Origin: an uncultured Actinomycetes bacterium
GTDB taxonomy: Bacteria > Actinomycetota > UBA4738 > HRBIN12
Direction of reading: 5' to 3'
Assembly: GCA_963828885.1 (NCBI GenBank)
Contig: CAWHGC010000010.1
Location: forward strand, 28,915 to 92,914
DNA length: 64,000 nucleotides
Made by a program: the position numbers and the translations under genes
The notes under the pieces: model-generated
What the model was told of the DNA's origin: nothing
Databases searched by the model: none
Seen by the model: only the letters and a program-made list of their open reading frames with translations
In this document: positions 18,770-28,114 of the stretch, piece after piece
Numbering within the stretch: the first letter of the stretch is position 1
Layout of the letters: each line of letters opens with the position of its first letter

Positions 18770-19141
18770 ATGCCCGACCGTCCAGCCCTTCCTCGTTCAC
18801 TCCTTCGTCGGGCTGAGAACGTCGAGCTGTCGTTGGGCTCGCTGGAGGCCATCTCGGAGATCCGTGCCTACCTGGACGAGCTGGAGAAGCTCTCCATGGC
18901 CAGCGCCCGGGACAAGGGGGCCACGGTGGAGGACATCGCCGAGGCGCTCCGGCTCACGCCACAGGCCATCTACTACCGGCTGCGGCACGAGAAGATGAAC
19001 CTGCAGCTGACGCCGGGGGAGCCGAACGTGGCGGAGCCGGTGGTGGAGCCCGCGCTGGCGCCCGAGTCGACCCTCGCGGCCGCGGTGGCCGATCCGGCCG
19101 AGGATGCGGCGCTGTTGCCGGAGCCGAAGCTGCCCGACTAG
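18770..19141 (+). CDS. Small helix-turn-helix DNA-binding protein with Pro/Ala/Glu-rich tail
   Basis: MPDRPALPRSLLRRAENVELSLGSLEAISEIRAYLDELEKLSMASARDKGATVEDIAEALRLTPQAIYYRLRHEK... Internal Met of ORF 18674..19141 chosen because the promoter lies inside the upstream extension. Confidence 0.65.
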   Translation: MPDRPALPRSLLRRAENVELSLGSLEAISEIRAYLDELEKLSMASARDKGATVEDIAEALRLTPQAIYYRLRHEKMNLQLTPGEPNVAEPVVEPALAPESTLAAAVADPAEDAALLPEPKLPD

Positions 19142-19234
19142 CGCCGTTCCGCCGGAACCGCCTGCGCCCAACACGTTATCGGTCGATGCGGAACCGTGAT
19201 TGGCGTTCGAGCACACCCCGTGTTGATTCGAGAT

Positions 19235-19475
19235 ATGCCCTGGACGATCTACCACCGCGACCGCCGCCTGGAGGTGGATCTCGCCGGGGGCGTCCGGGGG
19301 CCGGAGTGGGAGGAGCTCCTGGACGACATCGGGCGGCGGCTGAACGCGATCGAGCGCGTCATCTTCTGATCCCCCCGGACTTCGAGAAGGGGGACCAGGT
19401 CCGAGCACCTCGATCGCCTCGTCCAGGTCCTCACGGGCCAGGGGCGTGAACGTGGAGCGGCGGCACGTCGGCTGA
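19235..19475 (+). pseudogene. MPW miniprotein paralog B, three frame breaks
   Basis: MPWTIYHRDRRLEVDLAGGVRGPEWEELLDDIGRRLNAIERVIF / LIPPDFEKGDQV / EHLDRLVQVLTGQG / VNVERRHVG-stop from three frames, collinear with paralogs A and C. The first break abuts the C6 run at 19371-19376. Confidence 0.55.
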
Positions 19476-19518
19476 CGCGCGGGTGACGGACGACGGTCCG
19501 GTCTGGCACCCTCAGGCG

Positions 19519-20349
19519 ATGCCCGGATACGACATCCACACGCACAGCACCTACTCGGACGGGACGGAGACCGTCGAGGCCAACGTCGCGCGCGCCCTCG
19601 AGCTGGGGCTGGCGGGCCTGGGCGTCACGGACCACGACACCACCGAGGGACTCGCGCCGGCCGCGGCGGCCGCCGAGGGCACCGACCTGGAGATCGTGCC
19701 CGGCATCGAGTTCTCGGCCGAGTTCGACGGGGCGAGCCTGCACGTGCTCGCGTACTGGATCGATCCGGCGAACCCCGAGCTGCGGGCGGAGCTGAAGCGG
19801 CTCACCGACACCCGGTTCCGGCGCGGCGAGATGATGATCGAGAAGCTCCAGGAGCTCGGCTACGACATCTCCTTCGATCGGGTCCGGGAGATCGCCGGCG
19901 ACGACCTGATCGCGCGGCCCCACATCGCGCAGGCGATGGTCGAGGCCGGCATCGTGCAGCAGGAGAAGGAGGCGTTCGACCGCTTCATCTCCGACGACGG
20001 CATCGCGTACGTGCCGAAGCACGCGCTGGCCCCGCAGGACGCCCTCGAGCTGATCAAGGGCGCCGGCGGCGTGTGCGTGCTCGCCCATCCCGGGATGTGG
20101 AAGGGCAACGGCTCGGTGCCCGACGAGCTGATCGAGTCGATGGCGGCCGGCGGCATGGTCGGCCTCGAGGTCGACCACCCCGACCACGACGCGGAGCAGC
20201 GTGCGTACTACGGCGCGCTGGCCGACCGGCTGGATCTGGTGCGGACCGGTGCGAGCGACTGCCACGGCGCCCGGTACGACTACCGGCTCGGGTGCGAGAC
20301 GACGGACGCCGAGCGGTTCGCCGAACTGAAGCGCCGCGCCGGCAGGTAG
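19519..20349 (+). CDS. PHP-domain metal-dependent phosphoesterase (TrpH/YciV-like)
   Basis: MPGYDIHTHSTYSDGTETVEANVARALELGLAGLGVTDHDT...LHVLAYW...VLAHPG...SDCHG. Internal Met of ORF 19483..20349. Confidence 0.85.
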   Translation: MPGYDIHTHSTYSDGTETVEANVARALELGLAGLGVTDHDTTEGLAPAAAAAEGTDLEIVPGIEFSAEFDGASLHVLAYWIDPANPELRAELKRLTDTRFRRGEMMIEKLQELGYDISFDRVREIAGDDLIARPHIAQAMVEAGIVQQEKEAFDRFISDDGIAYVPKHALAPQDALELIKGAGGVCVLAHPGMWKGNGSVPDELIESMAAGGMVGLEVDHPDHDAEQRAYYGALADRLDLVRTGASDCHGARYDYRLGCETTDAERFAELKRRAGR

Positions 20350-20352
20350 CGG

Positions 20353-20589
20353 TCAGGCGGGCACGCGTAGCACGTCGATCCCCTGTGCATTGATCGCCTG
20401 CTCGAGGCCGTTGAGGAACTGGGCCTGACCGCCGGCCTCGAAGCCCTCCGGCACGAGGAACGTGACGAGCTCCAAGGTCGACCGCTGCTTGAGGATGCCG
20501 TTCATCAGCGGCTCCCACTCCGTAGCCTCGACGCCGGGTCGGAGATCGACCTCGAGGTTCCCCGCATAGGTGGACATGACCCACGGCAT
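20353..20589 (-). CDS. MPW miniprotein paralog C (78 aa), intact
   Basis: MPWVMSTYAGNLEVDLRPGVEATEWEPLMNGILKQRSTLELVTFLVPEGFEAGGQAQFLNGLEQAINAQGIDVLRVPA (Met14 of ORF 20353..20628). Confidence 0.6.
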   Translation of the reverse strand: MPWVMSTYAGNLEVDLRPGVEATEWEPLMNGILKQRSTLELVTFLVPEGFEAGGQAQFLNGLEQAINAQGIDVLRVPA

Positions 20590-20699
20590 ACCGTGACTGA
20601 ACAGCGCGCACCGGGGAGCGGCATGCATCGTTTCGTCTCGGTCGATAAGTACGTACCCCGGTCAGGCATGGAGGACGGATGTGGCACGATGGATAGATC

Positions 20700-21552
20700 A
20701 TGAGCGATCAGATCGCGTCCGCAGCAGGCACCGTCACCGTCGGGGACCTGACCGTGAACCGCATGGGCTTCGGCGCCATGCGGATCACCGGGGACGGCGT
20801 GTGGGGACCGCCTGCCGACCCGGACGAGTGCCGGCGGGTCCTGCGACGTGCGCTGGAGCTCGGGGTGAACTTCATCGACACGGCGAACTCCTACGGCCCC
20901 CATGTGAGCGAGGAGTTGATCGCGGAGGCGCTGTTCCCGTACCCCGACGGTCTCGTCATCGCGACGAAGGCGGGGTTCACCCGGCCGGGTCCCGGCCGCT
21001 GGAAGGCCGACGGGCGTCCCGAGCAGATCCGCGAGGCCATCGAGGGGAGCCTTCGCCGGCTGCGGGTCGAGCAGATCGACCTGTACCAGGTGCACACGGT
21101 GGACCGGAAGGTGCCGTACGCGGAGACGGTCGGGGCCTTCCGCGATCTCCAGCAGGCCGGCAAGGTGCGGCACATCGGCGTCAGCAACGTGAACGTGGAG
21201 CAGCTGGCCGAGGCCCGCGGCATCGTCGAGGTCGTGTCGGTCCAGAACCTCTACAACCTCACGGACCGCACGAGCGAGCCGGTCCTGGAGGTCTGCGACC
21301 GCGAGAGCCTGCCGTTCATCCCGTGGTTCCCGCTCGCGAACAGCGAGCTGGCCGGTGCGGCGATCGATCGGGTGGCCGCAGCGGCGCGGCCTCACGCCCA
21401 TGCAGGTCGGGCTCGCCTGGCTGCTGCACCGCTCGAAGATCATGCTGCCGATCCCCGGCACGTCGAAGGTCGCGCACCTGGAGGAGAACACGGCCGCCGC
21501 CGAGGCCGAGCTCACGGACGACGACCTCCACGAGCTCGAGGGCGCCACCTAG
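20700..21552 (+). pseudogene. Aldo/keto reductase, one frame break near 21360
   Basis: ...GFGAMRITGDGVWGPP...NFIDTANSYGP...IDLYQVH...HIGVSNV. Then ORF 21355..21552: [34 protein letters not shown]. Confidence 0.88.
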
Positions 21553-22068
21553 GACGTGGGCGGGACCTCGACGACGCGGTCGTCCTCGAGGCCGAAGTCC
21601 CAGACGTCGATGAACGGCGGTTCGACGCCGAGCGTCGTGAGGGCGGTGCAGATCTGGCTGCGGTGATCGGTGCCGTGGTGCAGCGCCTGCGCGAGCCGGA
21701 TACCGAGCGGGGCGTGCGTCTCGGAGCCGTCATCGCGCTGCCTGGTGAGAACGGTCTCGGGGTCGGGGTCGCTCGCCAGCAGCTGTGACCAGGCGGCGCC
21801 GTGCTCCTCCATGACCGTTGCGGAGCTCCGGCAGTTGCATGACGTCCTCGTCGATGAGCGGCGTTCGGCCTCCGGTCATGACGAACAGGTAGTTGGCGTC
21901 GGCGCCGACCAGATGACGCTGCGTATCGAGGATCGAGCCGTAGGTGCCGGGGACGGAGGTCGCCAGCTGCTCGGGAGTGAGCTCGAGGCACACGTCGATC
22001 AGCCGCAGCGTCGCCCACACGTGGTGCTTGAACCCGTCCTCCAGCAACGACCTGGTCATGCCCGTCAC
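21549..22068 (-). pseudogene. DinB-family (DinB_2-like) protein, one frame break near 21815
   Basis: MTGMTRSLLEDGFKHHVWATLRLIDVCLELTPEQL...DTQRHLVGAD (ORF 21730..22068), joined to ...LAQALHHGTDHRSQICTALTTLG (ORF 21549..21812). Confidence 0.7.
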
Positions 22069-22154
22069 GATAGCAATCCGACATGGTTAGACCGTTGGAG
22101 TCATCTTCGGGCCGGTGAGTTCACTCGTTCGTTCGGCGCGTCGATAGGTGACGC

Positions 22155-22319
22155 ATGAGCGACAGTGACGCGGAGCGCTGCACGAGCTGTGGGTCCGGCA
22201 GGCTGACCCTGCAGGGCCGCGTCGCCGAGGGAAAGCCGGTGCGCGAGCTGGTCTGCCTCGAGTGCACGCATTCCTGGGCCGTCGAGCCGCTGCCGCTCCG
22301 GGAGCTCGCCGGCCCGTAG
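22155..22319 (+). CDS. 54-aa zinc-ribbon miniprotein (CxxC...CxxC)
   Basis: Own translation: MSDSDAERCTSCGSGRLTLQGRVAEGKPVRELVCLECTHSWAVEPLPLRELAGP. Below ORF-track length cut-off; ends 24 nt upstream of the TrmH gene. Confidence 0.45.
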   Translation: MSDSDAERCTSCGSGRLTLQGRVAEGKPVRELVCLECTHSWAVEPLPLRELAGP

Positions 22320-22342
22320 CTCGCGGGTGAGAGGCTCTCCGT

Positions 22343-23146
22343 GTGAGCCCCGCCGAGCGCATCGCCGACCTCGAAGATCCACGCCTTCGTGATTTCGTGG
22401 CGCTCCGCGACGTCGAACTGCGAACGAGGGCCGAGGAGATCGAGGGTCTGTTCATCGCGGAGGGCGAGCGAACGATCCGCCGCGCGATCGCCGCCGGCTA
22501 CGAGGTGCGCGCCGTCCTGCTCACCGAGCGATGGCTGCCGGCGCTCGAGGACGTCCTCGAGGAGACGGGCGCCGACGTCCTCGTCGTCGAGGACCACGTG
22601 CTGACGGCGACGACCGGCTTCCCGGTGCACCGGGGCGCGCTCGCGTCGATGAACCGTCGGCCGCTGCCGCCGCTGGAGGAGGTCCTCGCCGGTGCCGCGC
22701 GCGTCGCGGTCCTGGAGGACCTGAGCGACCACACGAACCTCGGGGCCGTGTTCCGCAGCGCCGCCGCGCTCGGCGTCGACGCCGTCGTGCTGACGCCGCG
22801 CGCGGCCGATCCGCTGTACCGCCGCGCCGTGCGGACCTCGATGGGCGCGGTGTTCGCAGTCCCGTGGACGCGGATCCCGTGGTTCGAGGGGCCGGATCTG
22901 CTGCACGAGGCCGGCCTCGAGCTGCTGGCGCTGACGCCGGCCGAGGACGCCGTGGACATCCGGGACGTGAGCTGGGCCGCGCACCCCCGGCTCGCGCTCG
23001 CGATCGGCAGCGAGGGCGAGGGGCTGTCGGAGCGCTGGCTCGGCGCCGCCGACCTCCGCGTGCGCATCGCCATGCAGGGCGGCATCGATTCGCTGAACGC
23101 CGCCGCGGCCGCCGCCGTCGCGTTTCACGCGTTGGCGCCTCGCTAG
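22343..23146 (+). CDS. TrmH/SpoU-family RNA 2'-O-methyltransferase
   Basis: Intact 267 aa: ...VLEDLSDHTNLGAVFRSAAALGVDAVVL...LALAIGSEGEGLS...IAMQGGIDSLNAAAAAAV. Confidence 0.88.
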   Translation: MSPAERIADLEDPRLRDFVALRDVELRTRAEEIEGLFIAEGERTIRRAIAAGYEVRAVLLTERWLPALEDVLEETGADVLVVEDHVLTATTGFPVHRGALASMNRRPLPPLEEVLAGAARVAVLEDLSDHTNLGAVFRSAAALGVDAVVLTPRAADPLYRRAVRTSMGAVFAVPWTRIPWFEGPDLLHEAGLELLALTPAEDAVDIRDVSWAAHPRLALAIGSEGEGLSERWLGAADLRVRIAMQGGIDSLNAAAAAAVAFHALAPR

Positions 23147-23155
23147 GATGGCGCG

Positions 23156-23852
23156 ATGGCGCCCGAGGTCTCGAACCCGACGGAGCGCGACGGCGAGATC
23201 CGCGTCGTCTTCCTGGACATCGGCGGCGTGATGTACGACGACTCCGTGTACGCCCGGTCGTGGGCGCGGGCCCTGCGCGAGTCCGGCGCCGTCTTCACCG
23301 ATCAGGAGTTCGACGACGGAGTACGCGGCCGCGCGCGCCGCGCAGGCCGGATCGTTCCGGCGACGGCTGACCTCGCGGTTCCTGGGGCCGGACGCCGACA
23401 TCGAGCCGGTGGAGGCGATCGCGAAGGAGCACTGGGCGTACCCTCCCGACGCGCTGTACCCCGACGTGCTGCCCTGCCTCGAGCGGCTGGCCGGCCGCTA
23501 CCGCCTGGGCATCCTCGCGAACCAGCCGAGCCTGGTGCGGCAGGCGCTGGAGCGCGACGGCATCGACCGGTTCATGGAGGTGTGGGGCGTGTCCGACGAC
23601 GTCGGGCTCGCGAAGCCCGATCCCCGGTTCTTCGCGCACGTGCTGTACCTGGCCGGCGAGGCGCCGCCGCACGCGGTCATGGTCGGCGACCGCCTGGACT
23701 ACGACGTGCGGCCGGCGCGGCGGGCCGGCATGCGAACGGTGTGGGTCCTGCGCGGCGAGGCGCCCGACGACCCCACGCCCGAGCAGCTGGCCGAGGCCGA
23801 CGTGGCGATCCGCGGACTGGACGAGCTGCCGGGGGCGTTGGAACGGATATGA
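23156..23852 (+). pseudogene. HAD-superfamily hydrolase, one frame break near 23318
   Basis: IRVVFLDIGGVMYDD (motif I), then the frame of ORF 23409..23852: ...LGILANQP...GLAKPDPRFF...VMVGDRLDYDV. Confidence 0.8.
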
Positions 23853-25151
23853 GCGGTGCGGCGCAGCGGCGGATCCTCATCGTGGGCGGCGGGTTCATCG
23901 GGATGTACGCGGCCCGGCGGCTCGAACGGCTCACGCGCGCCGGCCACCGCGTCACGCTCGTGAACCCCGAGAACTTCATGCAGTACCAGCCGTTCCTGCC
24001 CGAGGTGGCCTCGGGCACGATCGATCCGCGTGCGGTCGTGGTGCCGCTCCGGCAGGTGCTGCGGAAGACCGAGCTGTTGATCGGCGAGGTGGAGCGGGTC
24101 GACCACGAGGCCCGCCTGGCCTCGGTTCGGCTGCCCGACGGCTCGCTGCGCGAGGAGCCGTACGACATCGTGATCCTGGGCGCCGGCTCCCGGTCGCGCA
24201 CGCTGCCGATCCCCGGCCTCGCCGAGCACGGCATCGGGTTCAAGACCGTGACGGAGGCGATCTACCTGCGGAACCGGGTGTTGTCGAACCTCGACACGGC
24301 GGCCGAGACGCCCGACGAGAACCTGCGGCGGTCGCTGCTGACGTTCGTGTTCGTCGGCGGCGGCTACGCGGGCGTCGAGGCGCTGGCGGAGCTGGAGGAC
24401 CTGGCGCGCCACGCGGTGAAGCTGTATCCGCGGCTCGAGGTCGCGGATCTGCGATGGGTGCTGGTCGAGGCGGCCGGGCGCATCCTGCCCGAGCTCGGCG
24501 AGGACCTGGCGGGCTACGCGCTCGCGCGGCTCGAGGAGCGTGGCATCGAGGTTCGCCTGTCGACGAGACTGGAGTCGGCCGTCGACGGGTGGATCGCGCT
24601 GAGCGACGGCGAGCGGTTCCGCGGCGACACGCTGGTGTGGACGGCGGGCGTGAAGGCGTCGCCACTCGCGCGCCGGTCGGGGCTCCCGTGCGACGAGGCC
24701 GGGCGGGTGCTGGTCGACGAGACGCTGCACGTGGCCGGGGTGCCGGACGCGTGGGCCGCCGGCGACGTGGCGGCGGTGCCCGACCGGGTGACGGGCGGGG
24801 TCGCGCCGCCCAGCGCGCAGTACGCGCTGCGCGAGGCCCGGCGGCTGGCCGGCAACGTGCGGGCGTCGATCGAGGGCGGGACCGCGAGGCCGTTCCGCTG
24901 GCGCAACCTGGGCGGGCTGTGTGCCCTGGGGCGCTACCGCGGTGTGGCGAAGGTGATGGGCGTGAAGGTCCGCGGGTTCCCGGCGTGGTTCCTGCACCGT
25001 ACGTACCACCTGGCGCAGATGCCGACGATCGGTCGCAAGGTCCGCATCATGCTCGACTGGACGGTGGCGCTGTTCTTCCCGCGCGACCTGACGCAGCTCG
25101 GGTCGCTGGAGCACCCGCGTGAGCCGTTCGAACGCGCGATCGGGCGACTAG
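23849..25151 (+). CDS. ndh: Type II NADH dehydrogenase (NDH-2); stop is reached only if one G of GGG 25142-25144 is removed
   Basis: MSGAAQRRILIVGGGFIGMYAARRL...TFVFVGGGYAGVEALAEL...AAGDVAAVP...FFPRDLTQLGSLEHPREPFERAIG. As given, the frame reads on antisense through the CBS gene to 26119. Confidence 0.85.
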
Positions 25152-25612
25152 CCCTTGCCGCGCTGGCGCTGGAGGTCGCTCGCGGCCTGCAGCGCCGCGT
25201 GGCTCCGCTCGATGTCGGGCATCTCGTGCCCGCCCGCGAGCTCCTCGGCCGCCCACCGCGTGAGGTCGCGGATCGAGATGATGCCGACGAGCTTGCCCTT
25301 GTCGACGATGGGCAGGTGGCGGATGTTGCGGCTCGCCATGTGATCGGCCGCCTTCGCGATGTCGGTCTTCGAGGAGACGGTCTCGATGTCGCGGCGCGTC
25401 ATGCCGTGGGCGACCTTCACGGACTGCGGGTCGCCCCCGGCCGCCACGAGGTTCACGATGTCGCGCTCGGTCAGGATGCCGGCGAGCTTGGCGCCGTCGA
25501 GGACGACGACCGAGGAGATGCCGTTCGTGCGCATGACCTTCGCGACGTCGGCGAACGTGTCGTCGGCGGCCGCCGTCTTCACGTCCGTGTGCATGATCTC
25601 TCCGACCTGCAT
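25148..25612 (-). CDS. CBS-domain pair protein
   Basis: MQVGEIMHTDVKTAAADDTFADVAKVMRTNGISSVVVLDGAKLAGILTERDIV...HLPIVDKGKLVGIISIRDL. GGAGG upstream of Met18 of ORF 25148..25663. Confidence 0.85.
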   Translation of the reverse strand: MQVGEIMHTDVKTAAADDTFADVAKVMRTNGISSVVVLDGAKLAGILTERDIVNLVAAGGDPQSVKVAHGMTRRDIETVSSKTDIAKAADHMASRNIRHLPIVDKGKLVGIISIRDLTRWAAEELAGGHEMPDIERSHAALQAASDLQRQRGKG

Positions 25613-25816
25613 CGTGTGTGCCTCCTCGTTGGCCCGTGGTGCCCGGGCGCGCGGCGTGTGCATGGTGCCGGGCGCGGCGCTCGGGCCGACAGGGTACCTC
25701 GCCCGGTGGCCGGGACGGTATCGGGCGGCCCCGGGATCTCAGGAAACCCACAGGCGAATCTCCCAGCCCTCCCAGCACGGCCGGGCAACCTCGAACGTGA
25801 CCGGAAGGAGCGACCC

Positions 25817-26119
25817 GTGGCACCGAGTCCGCAGACCCGCGACGCCGGCGTTCGCCGCGTCGCCCGCCTCACGAGCTGGGCCATGGCCGGCGCCGTCGCG
25901 CTCTCGGCCGCCGTCACGTTCGTCGTCGCGAAGGCCCAGAACGGGAGCGCGGCGAACAGCTCGAACACCACTTCCTCCACCGACAGCACCGCGCCGGTCG
26001 TCATCGGGCCCGGCACCGGGACCGATGGCGGCGGCCTACAACCCCCGATCTCGGTGCCCCAGCAGGGCGGCACCGGCGGTGGCAGCGGCGGCGGCGTCGC
26101 GAACTCGGGCGGGTCCTGA
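25817..26119 (+). CDS. Small membrane-anchored Ser/Thr/Gly-rich protein, first gene of the apbE operon
   Basis: GTG 25817 after GGAAGGAG: VAPSPQTRDAGVRRVARLTSWAMAGAVALSAAVTFVVAKAQNGSAANSSNTTSSTDS...GGTGGGSGGGVANSGGS. TGATG overlap with apbE. Confidence 0.55.
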   Translation: MAPSPQTRDAGVRRVARLTSWAMAGAVALSAAVTFVVAKAQNGSAANSSNTTSSTDSTAPVVIGPGTGTDGGGLQPPISVPQQGGTGGGSGGGVANSGGS

Positions 26120-27031
26120 TGGACGAGTTCGGCCGCATCCGGTTCCCCGCGCTCGGCACCACGGCCGTCGTGGTGACGGCCGACGCCGACCGCGTCGTCG
26201 CGGCCGCCCTCGAGGTCCGGCGCGAGGTCGACGCGATCGACCTTGCCTGTAGCCGCTTCCGCGGCGACTCGGACCTCGCGCGCGTGAACGCCGGCGCCGG
26301 CGGCTGGGTCTCGGTCGGTCCGCTCCTGCTCGAGGCCGTCGAGGTCGCGCTGCGCGCCGCCCGTCTCACCGGCGGCGATGTCGACCCGACCGTCGCGACC
26401 TCCATGATCGCGAACGGCTACGACCGCGACTTCGCCGCCATCGCGCCGGATGGTCCGCGGCGACCCGCCCCGGCCGGCGCCCGGCTGGCGCACGGTCGAG
26501 GTCGACCCGGAGCGTTCCCGGATCCGTGTGCCCGCGGGATCCGGGCTGGACCTCGGCGCCACCGCGAAGGCCCTGGCCGCGGATCGGGCGGCGCGCGCCG
26601 CCGCCCGATCCGCCCGGACCGGCGTCGTCGTGAGCCTCGGCGGCGACCTCGCGATCGCGGGTGAGCCGCCGGCAGGCGGATGGCCGCTCGGCGTCGGCGA
26701 CGCGCACCAGGGCGACGCCGACGAGACGGTGCGCCTCGAGGGCGGCGGCCTGGCGACCTCGAGCACGACCGTGCGCCGGTGGCGGCGCGACGGCCGCGAC
26801 GTCCATCACATCGTCGACCCGCGCACCGGCGCGCCCGCCGACGTCGTCTGGCGGACCGTGACGGTGGCGGCGGCCTCGTGCGTGGACGCGAACACCGCGG
26901 CGACGGCCTCGATCGTTCGGGGCGCGTCGGCGCCGGCATGGCTCGGCGGCTTCGGCCTGCCCTCGCGGCTCGTCACGCCCGAGGGCGAGGTGGTCCGCGT
27001 CGCCGGCTGGCCGCGGGAGGCGCCGCCGTGA
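26119..27031 (+). pseudogene. apbE: FAD:protein FMN transferase ApbE, one frame break near 26455
   Basis: MDEFGRIRFPALGTTAVVVT...SRFRGDSDLARVN...DVDPTV, then ORF 26450..27031: LDLGATAKALAADRAA...VSLGGDLAIAG...ATSSTTVRRW...HHIVDPRTG. Confidence 0.85.
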
Positions 27032-28114
27032 CGTTGCTCGCCGTGACCTCGGGCAGCGCCCTGTGGTACCTGACGCGCGCGACCGGCGTGGTCTCGCTGC
27101 TGCTGCTCACCGGTGTGGCCCTGCTGGGGCTCGCCGGCGCGATGCAATGGGCGTCGCCGCGATGGCCACGCTTCGTCACGCAGGGCCTGCACAAGAACCT
27201 CTCGCTGATGGCGGTCGCCTTCGTCGCCGTGCACGTCGCGTCGACCGTGATCGACGGGTTCGCGCCGATCCGCTGGATCGACGCCGTCGTGCCGTTCGTC
27301 TCCGCGTACCGGCCGCTGTGGCTCGGCCTGGGCGCGCTCGCGTTCGACCTGTTCCTCGCGCTCATCGTCACGAGCCTGCTGCGCGCGCGGCTCGGGTTCC
27401 GCACGTGGCGCGCCGTGCACTGGCTCGCGTACGGATGTTGGCCGGTCGCCGTCGTGCACAGCCTCGGGACCGGCAGCGACGCCGGCGAGCCGTGGATGCT
27501 CGCCCTCGTCGCGGCCTGCGTCGGCTCGGTGCTCGCGGCCGCCGTGTGGCGCGCCGGACGCGACCCCGCGCGGCGGGGCGCGCTGCAGGGACTCGCCGTC
27601 GGCGCAGGCGGCGTCGCGTCGGTCGCGCTCGTCGGCTGGCTCGCGGTCGGGCCGCTCGCGACCGGCTGGGCGACCCGGGCCGGCACCCCGCCGAGCCTGT
27701 TGGGCGCTGGATCCGCCGCAACCACCACGGCCGTGCATCACGTCACGCAGCTCGTGCTGCCGGCGACCTCGACCTTCGACGGGACGGCGACGCAGCAGCA
27801 GGGCGCGTCCGGCGGCATGGAGCTCGAGTTCCGCGGCACGCTGTCGGGCAGCTCGGACCTCGTGCTCGACATCCGGCTCACGGGGCAGCTCGCAGCAGAG
27901 CGGCGGGTTCTTCGTGCAGGGCGGGCACGTCACGCTCGGCCCGCGCGACGACCAGAGCCGGTTCACGGGGCAGATCGCCGGCGTCAGCAACGGCCAGATC
28001 AGTTCGAAGCTCGAGGACCACAGCGGCGACGCCGTCACGCTGGACGCCGCCCTCCAGGTGTTGGACGCCGCCGGGACCGCCGGCGGCCGCGTGCAACTGG
28101 CGCTCGCGGGATGA
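27028..28114 (+). pseudogene. Ferric-reductase-like (FRD/MsrQ-YedZ type) six-TM haem-b protein with ~130-aa C-terminal soluble domain, one frame break near 27895
   Basis: GTG 27028 (GTGA overlap): VTLLAVTSGSALWYLTRATGVVSLLLL...HKNLSLMAVAFVAVHVASTV...WRAVHWLAYGCWPVAVVHSLGTG. Tail in ORF 27914..28114. Confidence 0.75.

Noticed and set aside
20590-20699. Looked for a promoter or operator between MPW-C and the aldo/keto reductase.
   Set aside because: Only weak hexamer matches; nothing I can defend.
14500-20700. Lower-GC stretch considered as a mobile genomic island.
   Set aside because: No integrase, transposase, tRNA target or flanking direct repeats were found. The GC depression is patchy; the oxidase and PHP genes look native.
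23156-26119. 987-aa single ORF.
   Set aside because: It is a composite. It joins the HAD N-terminus, out-of-frame HAD, ndh, the antisense of the CBS gene and the small membrane protein. All share one frame only because no stop intervenes.
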